Source of the DNA: the human T2T-CHM13v2.0 reference genome, Homo sapiens
NCBI RefSeq assembly: GCF_009914755.1
Contig: NC_060926.1
Length of the DNA: 64,000 nt
Direction: 5' to 3' (one strand)
In this document: piece after piece, positions 63,264 to 64,000 of the stretch
Numbering within the stretch: position 1 is the stretch's first letter
Layout of the letters: each line of letters opens with the position of its first letter
The notes under the pieces: generated by a model
The model's database searches: none
Told to the model about the DNA's origin: nothing
The model's input: the letters and a program-made list of their open reading frames with translations, nothing else
Made by a program: the position numbers and the translations under genes

Positions 63264-64000
63264 CATGCATCCCTAAGTCCTGGTTGTTATGTACAGCATT
63301 TCACACCAAGATAGAAAATCCTTTAAAATAAAAAGTAGGGACGATACCATAACACATTATGTTACTCTTCACGAGTGGCGGTGCTGCATATTCATTGAGT
63401 CTCAGAACCCCACAGTATTCAAAGCGGCAGCATATGCGAAAGTATTCACTGAATATTGAAACAGCAAGAAAACAACCCAACAACAGGATCGAATCTGAAA
63501 TTAAATACATGAATGAGCATTCATTTAGCCAGTAAAGTTTATACACTAGGCAGAGATGCCAATTTTACACACTTATGTTTCCTAAATCTGAGAATATTTT
63601 TACAAAGAATGGTACCACTTAGGTTATTTTTTCCCTAGTGAATTGATCATTGTTTAGGAAGTAGTAGCATTTACATATGGAATCCACAAGAAGGAGCTCT
63701 GAATTCATTTTAAATATCAGGATTGGAAGTTTCTGTCTCAAGTATATCCGTGGAGAGTAGGACTGTCTTGAAGTATAATTAGTTCCAAGACAGAATTTTA
63801 TCAGCTGAGTCTTTGGGGAGTGATAGTATGTAAACACTTATTAAAATGGTGGGAGGGAACACAAATTCTGCATAAGTCAATTTAGATAGATGCAAATAAA
63901 ACCAAAGACTTTCTGCCCTCTGGGATTATTTGTTCCTTGGTGGAAGATATACGTCATATGCTAGATTTTCATCCATGTTAAGAGATAGCAAGAAAAGAGT

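Noticed and set aside
62553-63314. GC-rich region with overlapping ORFs as a CpG island or gene
   Set aside because: Lies within the MER45-like element and is CpG-poor.

Overview
Human intergenic DNA, AT-rich and repeat-dense, with no intact protein-coding gene, tRNA, rRNA or CRISPR array. Almost all tracked ORFs are Alu or other repeat artefacts. Main contents: (1) an intronless HNRNPA1 processed pseudogene (~18.3-19.7 kb) inside an MLT1 LTR. (2) A 13.3-kb nested retroelement stack: an old ERV1 provirus with a tRNA-Pro PBS (HUERS-P/LTR27-like LTRs at 35739-36417 and 48374-49047) holding an L1PA2/3 3' fragment and a 7-kb HERV-W processed pseudogene (R-U5...U3-R-polyA), which itself holds an AluY. 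(3) A young 246-bp MT-CYB NUMT (49335-49580, minus strand, 4-bp TSD ATTC). It carries the start and first 63 codons of the alternative-frame CYTB-187AA ORF, fused in frame to nuclear sequence as a 103-aa chimeric ORF. (4) An ancient ERV-L-like pol relic (~52.8-54.1 kb). (5) About 35 Alu/FLAM copies, old L1M/L2/MIR, MaLR and ERV1 solo LTRs, DNA transposons and GATA STRs. From memory only (unverified), the NUMT plus HNRNPA1 retrocopy fits chr2p22.3 near FAM98A. No novel multi-gene system is evident; the NUMT-derived chimeric ORF is the best lead. Repeat subfamily names and mtDNA comparisons come from recalled consensus sequences, not a search.
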